Assembly: GCA_020635855.1 (NCBI GenBank)
Contig: JACJYZ010000004.1
Span: forward strand, 238,020 to 302,019
DNA length: 64,000 bases
Reading direction: 5' to 3'
DNA from: Flavobacteriales bacterium
GTDB lineage: Bacteria > Bacteroidota > Bacteroidia > JACJYZ01
Shown here: one piece after another, positions 29,365 to 37,934 of the stretch
Position numbering within the stretch: the stretch's first letter is position 1
Layout of the letters: every line of letters starts with the position of its first letter
Notes under the pieces: generated by a model
The model's input: the letters and a program-made list of their open reading frames with translations, nothing else
Databases searched by the model: none
Told to the model about the DNA's origin: nothing
Made by a program: the position numbers and the translations under genes

Positions 29365-30426
29365 TCACATCCACTTCTTGCGTCGGAAATACCAGAGCAT
29401 GCCAAGGGTAATAGCGATCATGGCCGCCCATGCGACGTAGTACCCGTATCGCAGATGAAGTTCCGGCATGTTGTCGAAGTTCATCCCGTAGATCCCTGCT
29501 ATGAAGGTAAGAGGTATGAAGATAGACGCCATGATGGTAAGCACCTTCATGATGTTGTTCATCCGGTTGCTTTGCATGGCGTGATAAAGGTCCTGCAGGG
29601 ATGACAACATTTCCCGGTTGCCTTCCAGTTGATCGATGATTTGAATGGTATGGTCGTACAGATCCCGGAAATACTTCAGGGTGGATTTATCAAGGATGTC
29701 ATCCCCGCACCGTTCGATGTAACCAACGGCTTCGCGCAGGGGGAAGATGGCCTTCCGCAATTCGATAAACTGGGCTTTCAATCGCTGAATCTCCAACAGT
29801 GAATCTGAATCGTCAGCGGTATCCTTCACCAGTTGATCTTCCAGGATTTCCATGCGAAGTGCAATCCTTTCCAGGATTACGAAGTACCTGTCCACCACCG
29901 CATCCAGCAGCAGGTATGCCAGGTAGTCGGCTTTGTACTCACGCACCCTTCCCTTTTTGTTGCGGATCCGGTCACGAACGGGTTCGAAAATATCTCCTGG
30001 CTTTTCCTGGAATGAAACCAGGTAATTCTTCCCCAGCACAATGCTCACCTGCTCGGCATCGATTTCGTCCTGCTCGTTCATATCGATCATCTTCAGGGTG
30101 AAGAAGAGATAACTCTCATACTCCTCGGCCTTGGGTCTGTGATCAATGTTCAACACATCTTCAAGCACCAGCGGGTGGATATCGAATTTTTTTCCCAGGG
30201 CTTCGATTCTTTCCACATCGTGGATGCCATCCATGTTCACCCACAGCACACCGCTGGGCGGGACGGAAGGAATTTCACTCAGATCCCCGGTACGGTTCTC
30301 ACTCAATTGGTCGGGGTCAAACGAAATCCAATGAAGATGCCCTTTGATGTTGGTGTGGGTACCCGTATAGATGAGTGCACCGGGAGGGAGCCCGGGCGCT
30401 TTTTTCTGTCTGCGCCTTTTTGACAT
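29365..30426 (-). CDS. corA: Magnesium/cobalt transporter CorA
   Basis: Two C-terminal TM helices with the YGMNF signature (AGIYGMNFDNMPEL). Confidence 0.9.
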   Translation of the reverse strand: MSKRRRQKKAPGLPPGALIYTGTHTNIKGHLHWISFDPDQLSENRTGDLSEIPSVPPSGVLWVNMDGIHDVERIEALGKKFDIHPLVLEDVLNIDHRPKAEEYESYLFFTLKMIDMNEQDEIDAEQVSIVLGKNYLVSFQEKPGDIFEPVRDRIRNKKGRVREYKADYLAYLLLDAVVDRYFVILERIALRMEILEDQLVKDTADDSDSLLEIQRLKAQFIELRKAIFPLREAVGYIERCGDDILDKSTLKYFRDLYDHTIQIIDQLEGNREMLSSLQDLYHAMQSNRMNNIMKVLTIMASIFIPLTFIAGIYGMNFDNMPELHLRYGYYVAWAAMIAITLGMLWYFRRKKWM

Positions 30427-30497
30427 AATTGATCGGGTGTTGCGAACGAATATAGGAGAAATGTCTTAGTTTTGAATTAGGAAATCATCGCAAGGGC

Positions 30498-31076
30498 ATG
30501 AAACCACATCCCGCTCTCACAGATGAAGCCCTGATCAACGGCATCATACAGGGAGAGAACAAGGATCTTTTCAGTGAAATCTATCGTCGTTACCGGGAGA
30601 AGGTATCTGACAAGTGCTTTGGAATGACACATAATCGTTCCATAGCCGAAGATCTTACGCAGGATATTTTTGTAAAGACCATGGAAAAGCTGACAGGTTT
30701 CCGGAACCAGTCGCAATTTTCCACCTGGCTATACGCCATCACCTATAACCATTGCATTGAGTATTTACGTAAAACCAAACGCATCCGGTTTGACGACTGG
30801 GAGTCGGCGCTGGATATACCCGATGAGGTGGAAGACGTGGATGTAAAGATGGTGCTTGAACTGGCCGAAGAAAGACTCACGTTGCTGCTGGAAATGTTGA
30901 AACCGGAAGACAAAGCGATCATTGTGATGAAGTTCCATGAGAACATGTCCGTGAAGAGCATCCAGGAAATCCTGCACCTGGCTACTGATAGTGCGGCAAA
31001 GATGAAGATCAACCGCGCAAAGAAAAGGCTGGTGGCCCTGTACCAAAAGTTTTATCCTGCACTGAAGGAATCCTGA
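30498..31076 (+). CDS. RNA polymerase sigma-70 factor, ECF subfamily
   Basis: Region 2 (DLTQDIFVKTMEKL, YAITYNHCIEYLR) and region 4 HTH (NMSVKSIQEIL). Confidence 0.85.
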   Translation: MKPHPALTDEALINGIIQGENKDLFSEIYRRYREKVSDKCFGMTHNRSIAEDLTQDIFVKTMEKLTGFRNQSQFSTWLYAITYNHCIEYLRKTKRIRFDDWESALDIPDEVEDVDVKMVLELAEERLTLLLEMLKPEDKAIIVMKFHENMSVKSIQEILHLATDSAAKMKINRAKKRLVALYQKFYPALKES

Positions 31077-31081
31077 CCCGT

Positions 31082-31558
31082 ATGAGACCCGCTTTACACA
31101 TCCACCTCCTGAACAAACGCGCCCTGATCGTTGCCGGTCTGCTCGTGGCAATGCACAGTGTAAGTGCTCAGGAATCCATCCCCACGGAAGTTCGCCAGGA
31201 GGTATTGCACATGTATCCCGCCATGGAAATCGTGGACGCCTTCGAAGAAGGACAGGACCTGGGTGTGGTGCTGCTGGGCGACGGCCAGCAATACAAGATT
31301 GCCTACTTCAATGCAGCGGGGAAGTGGGAATTCACTCGATGGAGCATCGAACGCGACGAAGTGCCGCTGCTGATCCTGGGTGTGCTCGATTCCATCATGC
31401 CCGAATTCCGGATCGAATCCATCAACCGGGAACAGGGATCCGAAGTGGTACGCTATGTATTCAATATGTCCGATGGAGCGAAGAACGAATTGGTGGTGCT
31501 CTCTTCGGAGGGTGATTTGATTAAGAAGGTGGCTTTGGCAGATCTGGACGAAGAGTAG
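31082..31558 (+). CDS. Secreted PepSY-like domain protein, possible ECF-sigma partner
   Basis: Signal peptide ending AQE. Starts 6 nt after the ECF sigma gene. Two PepSY-like beta-rich halves. Confidence 0.45.
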   Translation: MRPALHIHLLNKRALIVAGLLVAMHSVSAQESIPTEVRQEVLHMYPAMEIVDAFEEGQDLGVVLLGDGQQYKIAYFNAAGKWEFTRWSIERDEVPLLILGVLDSIMPEFRIESINREQGSEVVRYVFNMSDGAKNELVVLSSEGDLIKKVALADLDEE

Positions 31559-31622
31559 CGAAAATATTAACATTTCAAATCAAGGATGATTATATTTAGA
31601 TGTAAACTTTGACTGAGAGGTC

Positions 31623-31847
31623 ATGAACGCAAAAGACAAGAAAAGCAAACCCCAGGATGGGGCAGCCCGGAAAAAAGGCCTGAAAGGTCAGACGCCGGGC
31701 AGAAAAGGAGGGTTCCCTAAAAAGTCAAAAGCAGCGGACCCTTTCATGGATGATGAAGATGATGATGATGCGCTTTCACTGGACGTTGACTTCGGGGAAG
31801 ACAATTTTCTGGAACCCGACGACAGTGATGATGATGACTCCTGGTAG
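31623..31847 (+). CDS. Small highly charged, probably disordered protein (lysine-rich N-terminus, poly-Asp/Glu C-terminus)
   Basis: 74-aa ORF MNAKDKKSKPQDGAARKKGLKG...DDEDDDD...DDSDDDDSW in an otherwise unannotated gap. Coding status is uncertain. Confidence 0.3.
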   Translation: MNAKDKKSKPQDGAARKKGLKGQTPGRKGGFPKKSKAADPFMDDEDDDDALSLDVDFGEDNFLEPDDSDDDDSW

Positions 31848-31892
31848 CCTTTCCCCGCCATCGGATCCGGTGGCTCCTAACTTTTTTTTCTC

Positions 31893-32753
31893 ATGAGTTT
31901 GCTGCCGGTTGCCCGACGCATGTTGGCGCTTACTTGCCTGGCAATGCTTGCCTTCGTATGGCCTTCATCACAAGCCTCTGAACCTACCGCGCTGTCTGTG
32001 ATGGAAAGCATGTTCGCCAGGATGGATAGCCTACGGACACTGCAGTTCTACCTTGTCAACTGGGAAAGGATCGAAGGCAAACTCATGTCGGGTGAGCAGC
32101 GGGTATGGCTTCAGACCCGTCCTTTCCAGTGCTACATTTACATGATTGCCCCCCAAAGAGGTGCGGAACTGTTATACGCAGGACCCAAAACGGGAGGAGA
32201 AGCGATTTACAATCCCAAAGGATTTCCATACATGAAGATCAACCTGGATCCCATGGGTGAAACCATTCGCAAGAACAACCACCACACCATCTTCGAACTC
32301 GGATTCCAATACCTGTCGGACATCTTACGTGACCTGAACAACCGTAACATGCTGAATGTGGAACTGGAAGGTGTTCGTGAAGTGGCAGGCAGGAATTGCA
32401 CGGTGATCAAGGCCACCGTTCCGTCTTTCAAAACCGAGAATCATACGGTTGAAAAATGGGAAACGCTCGTTAGCATCGCACGCAAAAAAAATCTCAGTGA
32501 ATACATGCTGATGGAAATGAACCCAGATACCGATGACTATGAGGACGTAGAAGCCGGTCAGGTGATAAGGATCCCCTCCGCCTACGCACAATCGTTTGAA
32601 TTGGCTATAGACAATGAAACACGTGTACCTGTCGAGATATCCGTTTTCGACGCTAAAGGCTTATTCGAAAAATACCTCTACAAAAACGTTCGCATCAATC
32701 CCTTCATCCCACCGGCGACTTTTTCCGAGACCAACCTGGGAAGGATCAAATAA
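31893..32753 (+). CDS. DUF1571-like (LolA-fold) secreted protein with an internal LysM domain
   Basis: Signal peptide. Central LysM-like segment (HTVEKWETLVSIARKKNLSEYMLMEMNPDTDDYEDVEAGQVIRIP). Confidence 0.5.
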   Translation: MSLLPVARRMLALTCLAMLAFVWPSSQASEPTALSVMESMFARMDSLRTLQFYLVNWERIEGKLMSGEQRVWLQTRPFQCYIYMIAPQRGAELLYAGPKTGGEAIYNPKGFPYMKINLDPMGETIRKNNHHTIFELGFQYLSDILRDLNNRNMLNVELEGVREVAGRNCTVIKATVPSFKTENHTVEKWETLVSIARKKNLSEYMLMEMNPDTDDYEDVEAGQVIRIPSAYAQSFELAIDNETRVPVEISVFDAKGLFEKYLYKNVRINPFIPPATFSETNLGRIK

Positions 32754-32756
32754 TAC

Positions 32757-33383
32757 CTATCTGGATACGTGGTGGTGCACACCGTTCTGGGAAGGCAGGC
32801 CATGAAATACCATGTTCTCCACCTTCTTGTAACCCGTACCTTTGGCTGCAAAATCCTGTGCCTGCCTGAGTACTTCCGGGGACAACAAGAACATCAGCGG
32901 CTGCTCCACCTGCGAAAAGTTTTTCATCGCTTTGCGGATGCGCTGGTTCCAGGTCTTACCCATCACGAGGTAGTCATTCGGATCGATGGTTTTCCGGCAG
33001 GCCGGGTCCCCACAATCACATGCCATGGGTTCTTCGATGTTCAGCAGTCCATACTCGCAGGTCAGCTCCTCACCGGGTTGAATGTCCCGAACCGCAATAT
33101 CAAAGCCCCATGCAGTGCTCATGGTTGACGGATTGCAATGGTGATTCACGTATTTGGCATGATCGGCGCTCAGCACCCTCCTGCCCTTTTCATCACGAAA
33201 ACTGTAGCGCTCAACGTAAGCTGCATGCCTGGGATCCATGACAATCGGATTGGTGGGTTCAAGCACTATGTCAAGCGGATCCAAAGCAAATACGATGGTA
33301 CCTGCCGGGATCAAACGGGTGGCCAATACGCCAACTCCAATGTTCTCGCTGATCTGCTTGATTTCGGTATGAGGGTGGATCAT
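32757..33383 (-). CDS. SET-domain protein (putative protein-lysine methyltransferase) with a Cys-rich post-SET-like tail
   Basis: SET signature NHHCNPS and ELTCEYG (ELxxxY) are present. They are followed by CDCGDPAC, and an N-terminal GVGVLATRLIPAGTIV strand is present. Confidence 0.7.
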   Translation of the reverse strand: MIHPHTEIKQISENIGVGVLATRLIPAGTIVFALDPLDIVLEPTNPIVMDPRHAAYVERYSFRDEKGRRVLSADHAKYVNHHCNPSTMSTAWGFDIAVRDIQPGEELTCEYGLLNIEEPMACDCGDPACRKTIDPNDYLVMGKTWNQRIRKAMKNFSQVEQPLMFLLSPEVLRQAQDFAAKGTGYKKVENMVFHGLPSQNGVHHHVSR

Positions 33384-33496
33384 GTGTGTTTTTTGGGTTA
33401 TGTTTTTATTTAGACGGGATAAAGAAAAAAGGTCACAATAGTCCGGCCCTTTTGAAAAAGAAAACCTAATTTAGCGCAGAGCATGCTCACTGTAAC

Positions 33497-34666
33497 ATGG
33501 GAGAATTCCACGAAAAAATTTTGATCGTTGAAGATAACCGCATGAATATTGCGGCAATCAAAGCGAGCTTGAAGGGCCTGAATGAGGATTACATTTTGCT
33601 GGAGGCGGAAACTGCGTCCGAAGGCATTCGCCTGGCTCGACGGGAAAAACCGGCCCTGATTCTTCTGGACATCCGACTGCCCGACATGGACGGCTTCGAA
33701 CTTGCAAAAACATTGAAAGCCGCCAAGCAAACCAAGTACATTCCTATTATCTATATCTCCGGGCTGGACGATATGGATTCCAAACTAACCGCCTTCACCA
33801 CCGGAGGCGTGGATTACATCACCAAGCCTTTCCATCGCCAGGAAGTCATGGCCCGGGTCAATACCCAACTCAAGATCCATCGCCTGCAGAACAACCTGGC
33901 TACCCGGAACAGGGAGATCCAGGAAAGCATCGGCTATGCAAAGCAGATCCAGGAAGCACTGATGCCTTCAGAGTCCCAACTCAAAGAGGACCTCGGGCAA
34001 TACTTCATCTTTTTTCAACCCAAAGACATTCTTTCGGGTGACATGTATTGGGCGCGGGAATACCATGGTGATGTGTTGATCGCCTGCATCGACTGTACCG
34101 GCCACGGCATTCCCGGTGCACTGATCTCACTCGTAGGTCACAACCTGTTGAACCAGGCCACCGGCCTTGAAAAAAACCTCAGTCCGGCAGAAATCCTCCA
34201 GGAAGTGGATCGCAAATTGATCGAAACCCTGAACCAAAGTGGTGTGGAAGGCAAGAACCAGGATGGAATGGACATCGCCCTGTGCCGCATCTCCAAGAAA
34301 AAATCCAAGCTGGTGTTCGCAGGCGCCTATCGACCCATGTATCTTGTACGTAATGGCGTATGTGATGAATGGAAAGGTGATAAACAGCCCGTAGGTGGCA
34401 CACAGGTGAAGAAGAAGGTATTCACCAACCAGGAAATCAGCCTGAAGAAAGGAGACATGGTATACCTCCTTACAGACGGATTTACCGATCAGTTCGGCAG
34501 CGAAGAAGACAAGAAATTCTCCGGAAAACGCTTGCGGAAACTACTCGCTGAGATTGGCGATAAATCTGTAAAAGAGCAGAAAAAAATCCTGCAACAAACA
34601 TTTCAGGATTGGGCTTCCGGACATGAACAGGTGGATGATGTCCTGCTCATCGGTCTGTCCTTCTGA
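33497..34666 (+). CDS. Response regulator receiver fused to PP2C/SpoIIE-type serine phosphatase (RsbU-like)
   Basis: REC domain (ILIVEDN...LLDIRLPDMDGFEL...KPF). PPM phosphatase motifs (SGDMYWA, IDCTGHGIPGA, DGMDIAL, LTDGFTD). Confidence 0.85.
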   Translation: MGEFHEKILIVEDNRMNIAAIKASLKGLNEDYILLEAETASEGIRLARREKPALILLDIRLPDMDGFELAKTLKAAKQTKYIPIIYISGLDDMDSKLTAFTTGGVDYITKPFHRQEVMARVNTQLKIHRLQNNLATRNREIQESIGYAKQIQEALMPSESQLKEDLGQYFIFFQPKDILSGDMYWAREYHGDVLIACIDCTGHGIPGALISLVGHNLLNQATGLEKNLSPAEILQEVDRKLIETLNQSGVEGKNQDGMDIALCRISKKKSKLVFAGAYRPMYLVRNGVCDEWKGDKQPVGGTQVKKKVFTNQEISLKKGDMVYLLTDGFTDQFGSEEDKKFSGKRLRKLLAEIGDKSVKEQKKILQQTFQDWASGHEQVDDVLLIGLSF

Positions 34667-34672
34667 TATCGA

Positions 34673-35029
34673 TCAGCTCTTTAATTTTTCAGCCTCGCCT
34701 TTCAGTTCACCAATGGCTTCCATGCATACCTTTTTCATGGTATCCACCAGTTGTGGGATCTCCTCAAGGTCATTGCGATCTCCCGCATTGCGTTCGATTT
34801 TACGCACAACTTCCTTCAGGTTATCAATGCCCATGTAGTCGATATTGGGCTTGATCGTGTGGGCAATGTCCCTTACTTCCTGCCAGTTCTGGCTCTGCAT
34901 GTTTTGTTCCAGGCTGGATAAATAACCGGGGATTTTATCATTGAACAATTCGATCATTTCGATCACAAACGTTGAGTCCCCACCGGAAAGGTCGTTGAGG
35001 TATGACAGGTTGATAACAGACATATCCAT
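34673..35029 (-). CDS. Hpt (histidine phosphotransfer) domain protein
   Basis: 118-aa all-helical ORF with a conserved His in the AHTIKPNIDYMGI context, typical of Hpt. Immediately downstream of the hybrid kinase. Confidence 0.6.
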   Translation of the reverse strand: MDMSVINLSYLNDLSGGDSTFVIEMIELFNDKIPGYLSSLEQNMQSQNWQEVRDIAHTIKPNIDYMGIDNLKEVVRKIERNAGDRNDLEEIPQLVDTMKKVCMEAIGELKGEAEKLKS

Positions 35030-35131
35030 CTTCTTTTGTGTTTGGAGGTTCCACTTTCAGAATTGATGTCAAGCCTAGTAAATATAGGTAATTTCCCCGT
35101 ATTTTCAAAACCCGCCAGATCGTCTTTTGCG

Positions 35132-37381
35132 TCAACGAAGCAATTCAACCAATTTGCGCCTGAGTAGCTTTTCGTCAAATGGTTTCGAAATATAATCATC
35201 CATTCCCGCTTTCAGGCATTTTTCTCTTTCCTCGGGTGCGGCATGTGCAGTGATGGCCATAATAGGAAGGCTGTTCCATTTCCGCTCTTTATGTGAACGA
35301 ATGGCGGCAGTAGCTTGGTAGCCGTCCATTTCCGGCATTTGAATATCCATCAGCACAGCATCATATTGGTCATCGTCAAGTGCATCCACGCCAAGCCTGC
35401 CGTTGTCGGCAAGGGTCACATCCATGCCCCACTTTGTCAGCACTTTTTTCGCCAGCATCTGGTTGATCTTGTTGTCTTCCACCACAAGTACTTTCTTGCC
35501 TGCCAGCACCTGCATTTCTTCTTCATCACCCACACCGGGGGTTCGATTGCTGCTGCTGGAGGCCACTGCATTGACCCAGATGTTGAACATGAATGTGCTG
35601 CCGATGCCTTCCTTGCTCTCAACATGGATGTCTCCCCCGAAAAGCTGCACCAGTTCCTTCGATATGGATAAACCCAGACCTGTTCCGCCATACTTGCGGG
35701 TGGTGTCGCTGGTGGCCTGCTCAAAACTGGAGAAGATAGACTCCAGTTTACTTTGCGGAATCCCGATACCGGTATCGATCACTTGAAATGCCAGACAATA
35801 CAGGTTATCCCTTTGGTCTTTGACATGGACAGCCAGTGACACGCCGCCTTTCTCAGTGAACTTGATGGCATTGCCGACAAGGTTCATCAAAACCTGGTTG
35901 AGCCGTACCCTGTCACTCAAAATCTGGAGAGGGACCTGTTCGGAACACTCTACGGTGAAATCAAGTCCTTTCTCCCTCGCCAGCACCAGCATGGTCTTCT
36001 CAATGGTATTCAGGAGGTCATCCAACCTGAAGGGGGCTTTCTCAAGCACAACCTTACCCGCTTCGATCTTGGAGAAATCCAATACATCGTTGATGATTGT
36101 CAGCAGGTTTTCCGCCGACACGTTGATGGCCTGCACATATTCTTTCTGTTCCTGATTCAGTGGCGTGTCGCCCAGCAGACGGGACATGCCCATTACACCG
36201 TTCATCGGCGTACGGATCTCATGGCTCATGTTGGCCAGGAATGTTGATTTCGCCTGGGTGGCACTTTCGGCCTGTTCCTTGGCCACCTTGAGGGCTTCCT
36301 CTGCTTTCACGCGTTCGGTGATGTCGCGTGCCACTGCCTGGAATTCCACCACTTTTTTGTTTTCAATGGTGGCTTCCACGTTCTGGCCAATCCAAACATC
36401 CCTTCCATCTTTGGTACGGATCTGAAATTCGAAGTAGGTGGTCGTGGTGAGGGACAACAATTGTTTCTTGTAGAATGCTCCTACCCGTTCCCTCCAATCG
36501 TCGTGGATCAGGTCCAGGTAATTCATTCTCAATAATTCTTTATCTGTATACCCTGTAATGCGTTTTGCGATGGGGTTGAGATAGGTGAAATAACCATTGA
36601 AGTCGGCCCGGTAGATCATGTCGTGCGCATTTTCCACGATCGTCCTGTACCGTTCTTCACTTTCCAGCAACGCTTCGTTACCTCTTTGAACCGCCGTCAT
36701 CATTTCATTAAAGCCTTCCACCAGAATACCTATTTCATCTTCTCCGTCCCTTTCAATGCGAATGGAATAATCCTTTTCCTTGGAAATTTTCCTGGCCACA
36801 TTCGCCAGCCGCAAGATGGGGTGAGAGATCACACTCTGCAGCCGGAGCGATACAAAATACACCACCACAAGTGAAACGGACAGAATTCCAAGGATGATAA
36901 AGAGGGAGCGGCGCAACAGGGCATGCAGTTGCCCCAGGTCTGACTGCAGGTACACGGTTGATACCCATTCATCGGATTCATGGATGGGGATAAACACTTC
37001 CAAAGCATCATCGGTAAAACGGTGCCCCAGGTCTTCCGATTCAGGAAGGTGATCGGGTTCATCAAATCCCGGTTTCACATATTTGCTGAAAACCTTTCCC
37101 GACCTGTCGTAAATAATGGCCAGGCGTATGTTTTCGTCAGCAGCGAGTGTTTTGAGCGATTGGTTACTGATCAGTGAATCGTCAAATAATACCGGTGAAG
37201 TATTGTTCTCTCCGATCACCTGCCCCATGATCATGATCTCACGCACCATTTCTTCCTTGGCACGGCTGTATTCAAACGACAGGTAGGCCGCACAGGAAAG
37301 GATCAAACTCAAACCACTGACCACCATACTGATCAGCAAAAGCTTATTCCGGATCGATATGTTGCGGAAATTAAGAGCCAT
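35132..37381 (-). CDS. Hybrid sensor histidine kinase/response regulator (periplasmic sensor, HAMP, PAS, HisKA, HATPase_c, REC)
   Basis: Two TM segments bracket a periplasmic region of about 140 aa. H-box [15 protein letters not shown] and N/G boxes are present. C-terminal REC has [11 protein letters not shown] and DIQMPEMDG. Confidence 0.9.
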   Translation of the reverse strand: MALNFRNISIRNKLLLISMVVSGLSLILSCAAYLSFEYSRAKEEMVREIMIMGQVIGENNTSPVLFDDSLISNQSLKTLAADENIRLAIIYDRSGKVFSKYVKPGFDEPDHLPESEDLGHRFTDDALEVFIPIHESDEWVSTVYLQSDLGQLHALLRRSLFIILGILSVSLVVVYFVSLRLQSVISHPILRLANVARKISKEKDYSIRIERDGEDEIGILVEGFNEMMTAVQRGNEALLESEERYRTIVENAHDMIYRADFNGYFTYLNPIAKRITGYTDKELLRMNYLDLIHDDWRERVGAFYKKQLLSLTTTTYFEFQIRTKDGRDVWIGQNVEATIENKKVVEFQAVARDITERVKAEEALKVAKEQAESATQAKSTFLANMSHEIRTPMNGVMGMSRLLGDTPLNQEQKEYVQAINVSAENLLTIINDVLDFSKIEAGKVVLEKAPFRLDDLLNTIEKTMLVLAREKGLDFTVECSEQVPLQILSDRVRLNQVLMNLVGNAIKFTEKGGVSLAVHVKDQRDNLYCLAFQVIDTGIGIPQSKLESIFSSFEQATSDTTRKYGGTGLGLSISKELVQLFGGDIHVESKEGIGSTFMFNIWVNAVASSSSNRTPGVGDEEEMQVLAGKKVLVVEDNKINQMLAKKVLTKWGMDVTLADNGRLGVDALDDDQYDAVLMDIQMPEMDGYQATAAIRSHKERKWNSLPIMAITAHAAPEEREKCLKAGMDDYISKPFDEKLLRRKLVELLR

Positions 37382-37934
37382 AAGGTTTGATGATCTTAGC
37401 CAGCATCAATAGTTTGGAACTGATGCGGATCTTTTTCTGATCCGCCGTGACCTTGTTGATTTGGAAGCCATATTTGGATTGCCTGTTGGAGAAATTAATG
37501 ATGCCCCCCAGCTGACAGAACTCTTCGATTTCATCACCAACCGTCAGCACCGGTTTGTTTTTCACCATGTCCAGGATTTCCCTTATCCTCAGCCGTTCCG
37601 ATCCTGAGACAAAGAGGATGTGACACTCCCCTACATCCCGCCATTGCTGGTAGCGTTTTACCTGCCATGTTCTGCCATTGGTGGTGCGCCCTTTAACAAT
37701 GTTGTCAAGCACCTCTCCGAAAGGGTCATCACCCACCACAGCTATAATAATGGGAGATTCCGGGGTTTCAAAAGCCTTCTCAGGCCAATCCACAAATTTT
37801 CCGAAGTTAAAGAGGAAGGCGGCTTTGACCTCATATTCAGAATAGGTCTGCGCCTGCAAACGCTGGAAGAAAAGCATTCCAAAAAGACTCATCAGCAAGA
37901 TGATCCGCATCCGGTATGTGGTGGTACGTATCAT
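37371..37934 (-). CDS. YfiR-like (DUF4154) periplasmic protein
   Basis: Signal peptide. YEVKAAFLFNFGKFVDWP is the typical DUF4154/YfiR start. It overlaps the kinase start by 11 nt and the upstream OmpA-family gene stop by 4 nt. Confidence 0.7.
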   Translation of the reverse strand: MIRTTTYRMRIILLMSLFGMLFFQRLQAQTYSEYEVKAAFLFNFGKFVDWPEKAFETPESPIIIAVVGDDPFGEVLDNIVKGRTTNGRTWQVKRYQQWRDVGECHILFVSGSERLRIREILDMVKNKPVLTVGDEIEEFCQLGGIINFSNRQSKYGFQINKVTADQKKIRISSKLLMLAKIIKPYGS

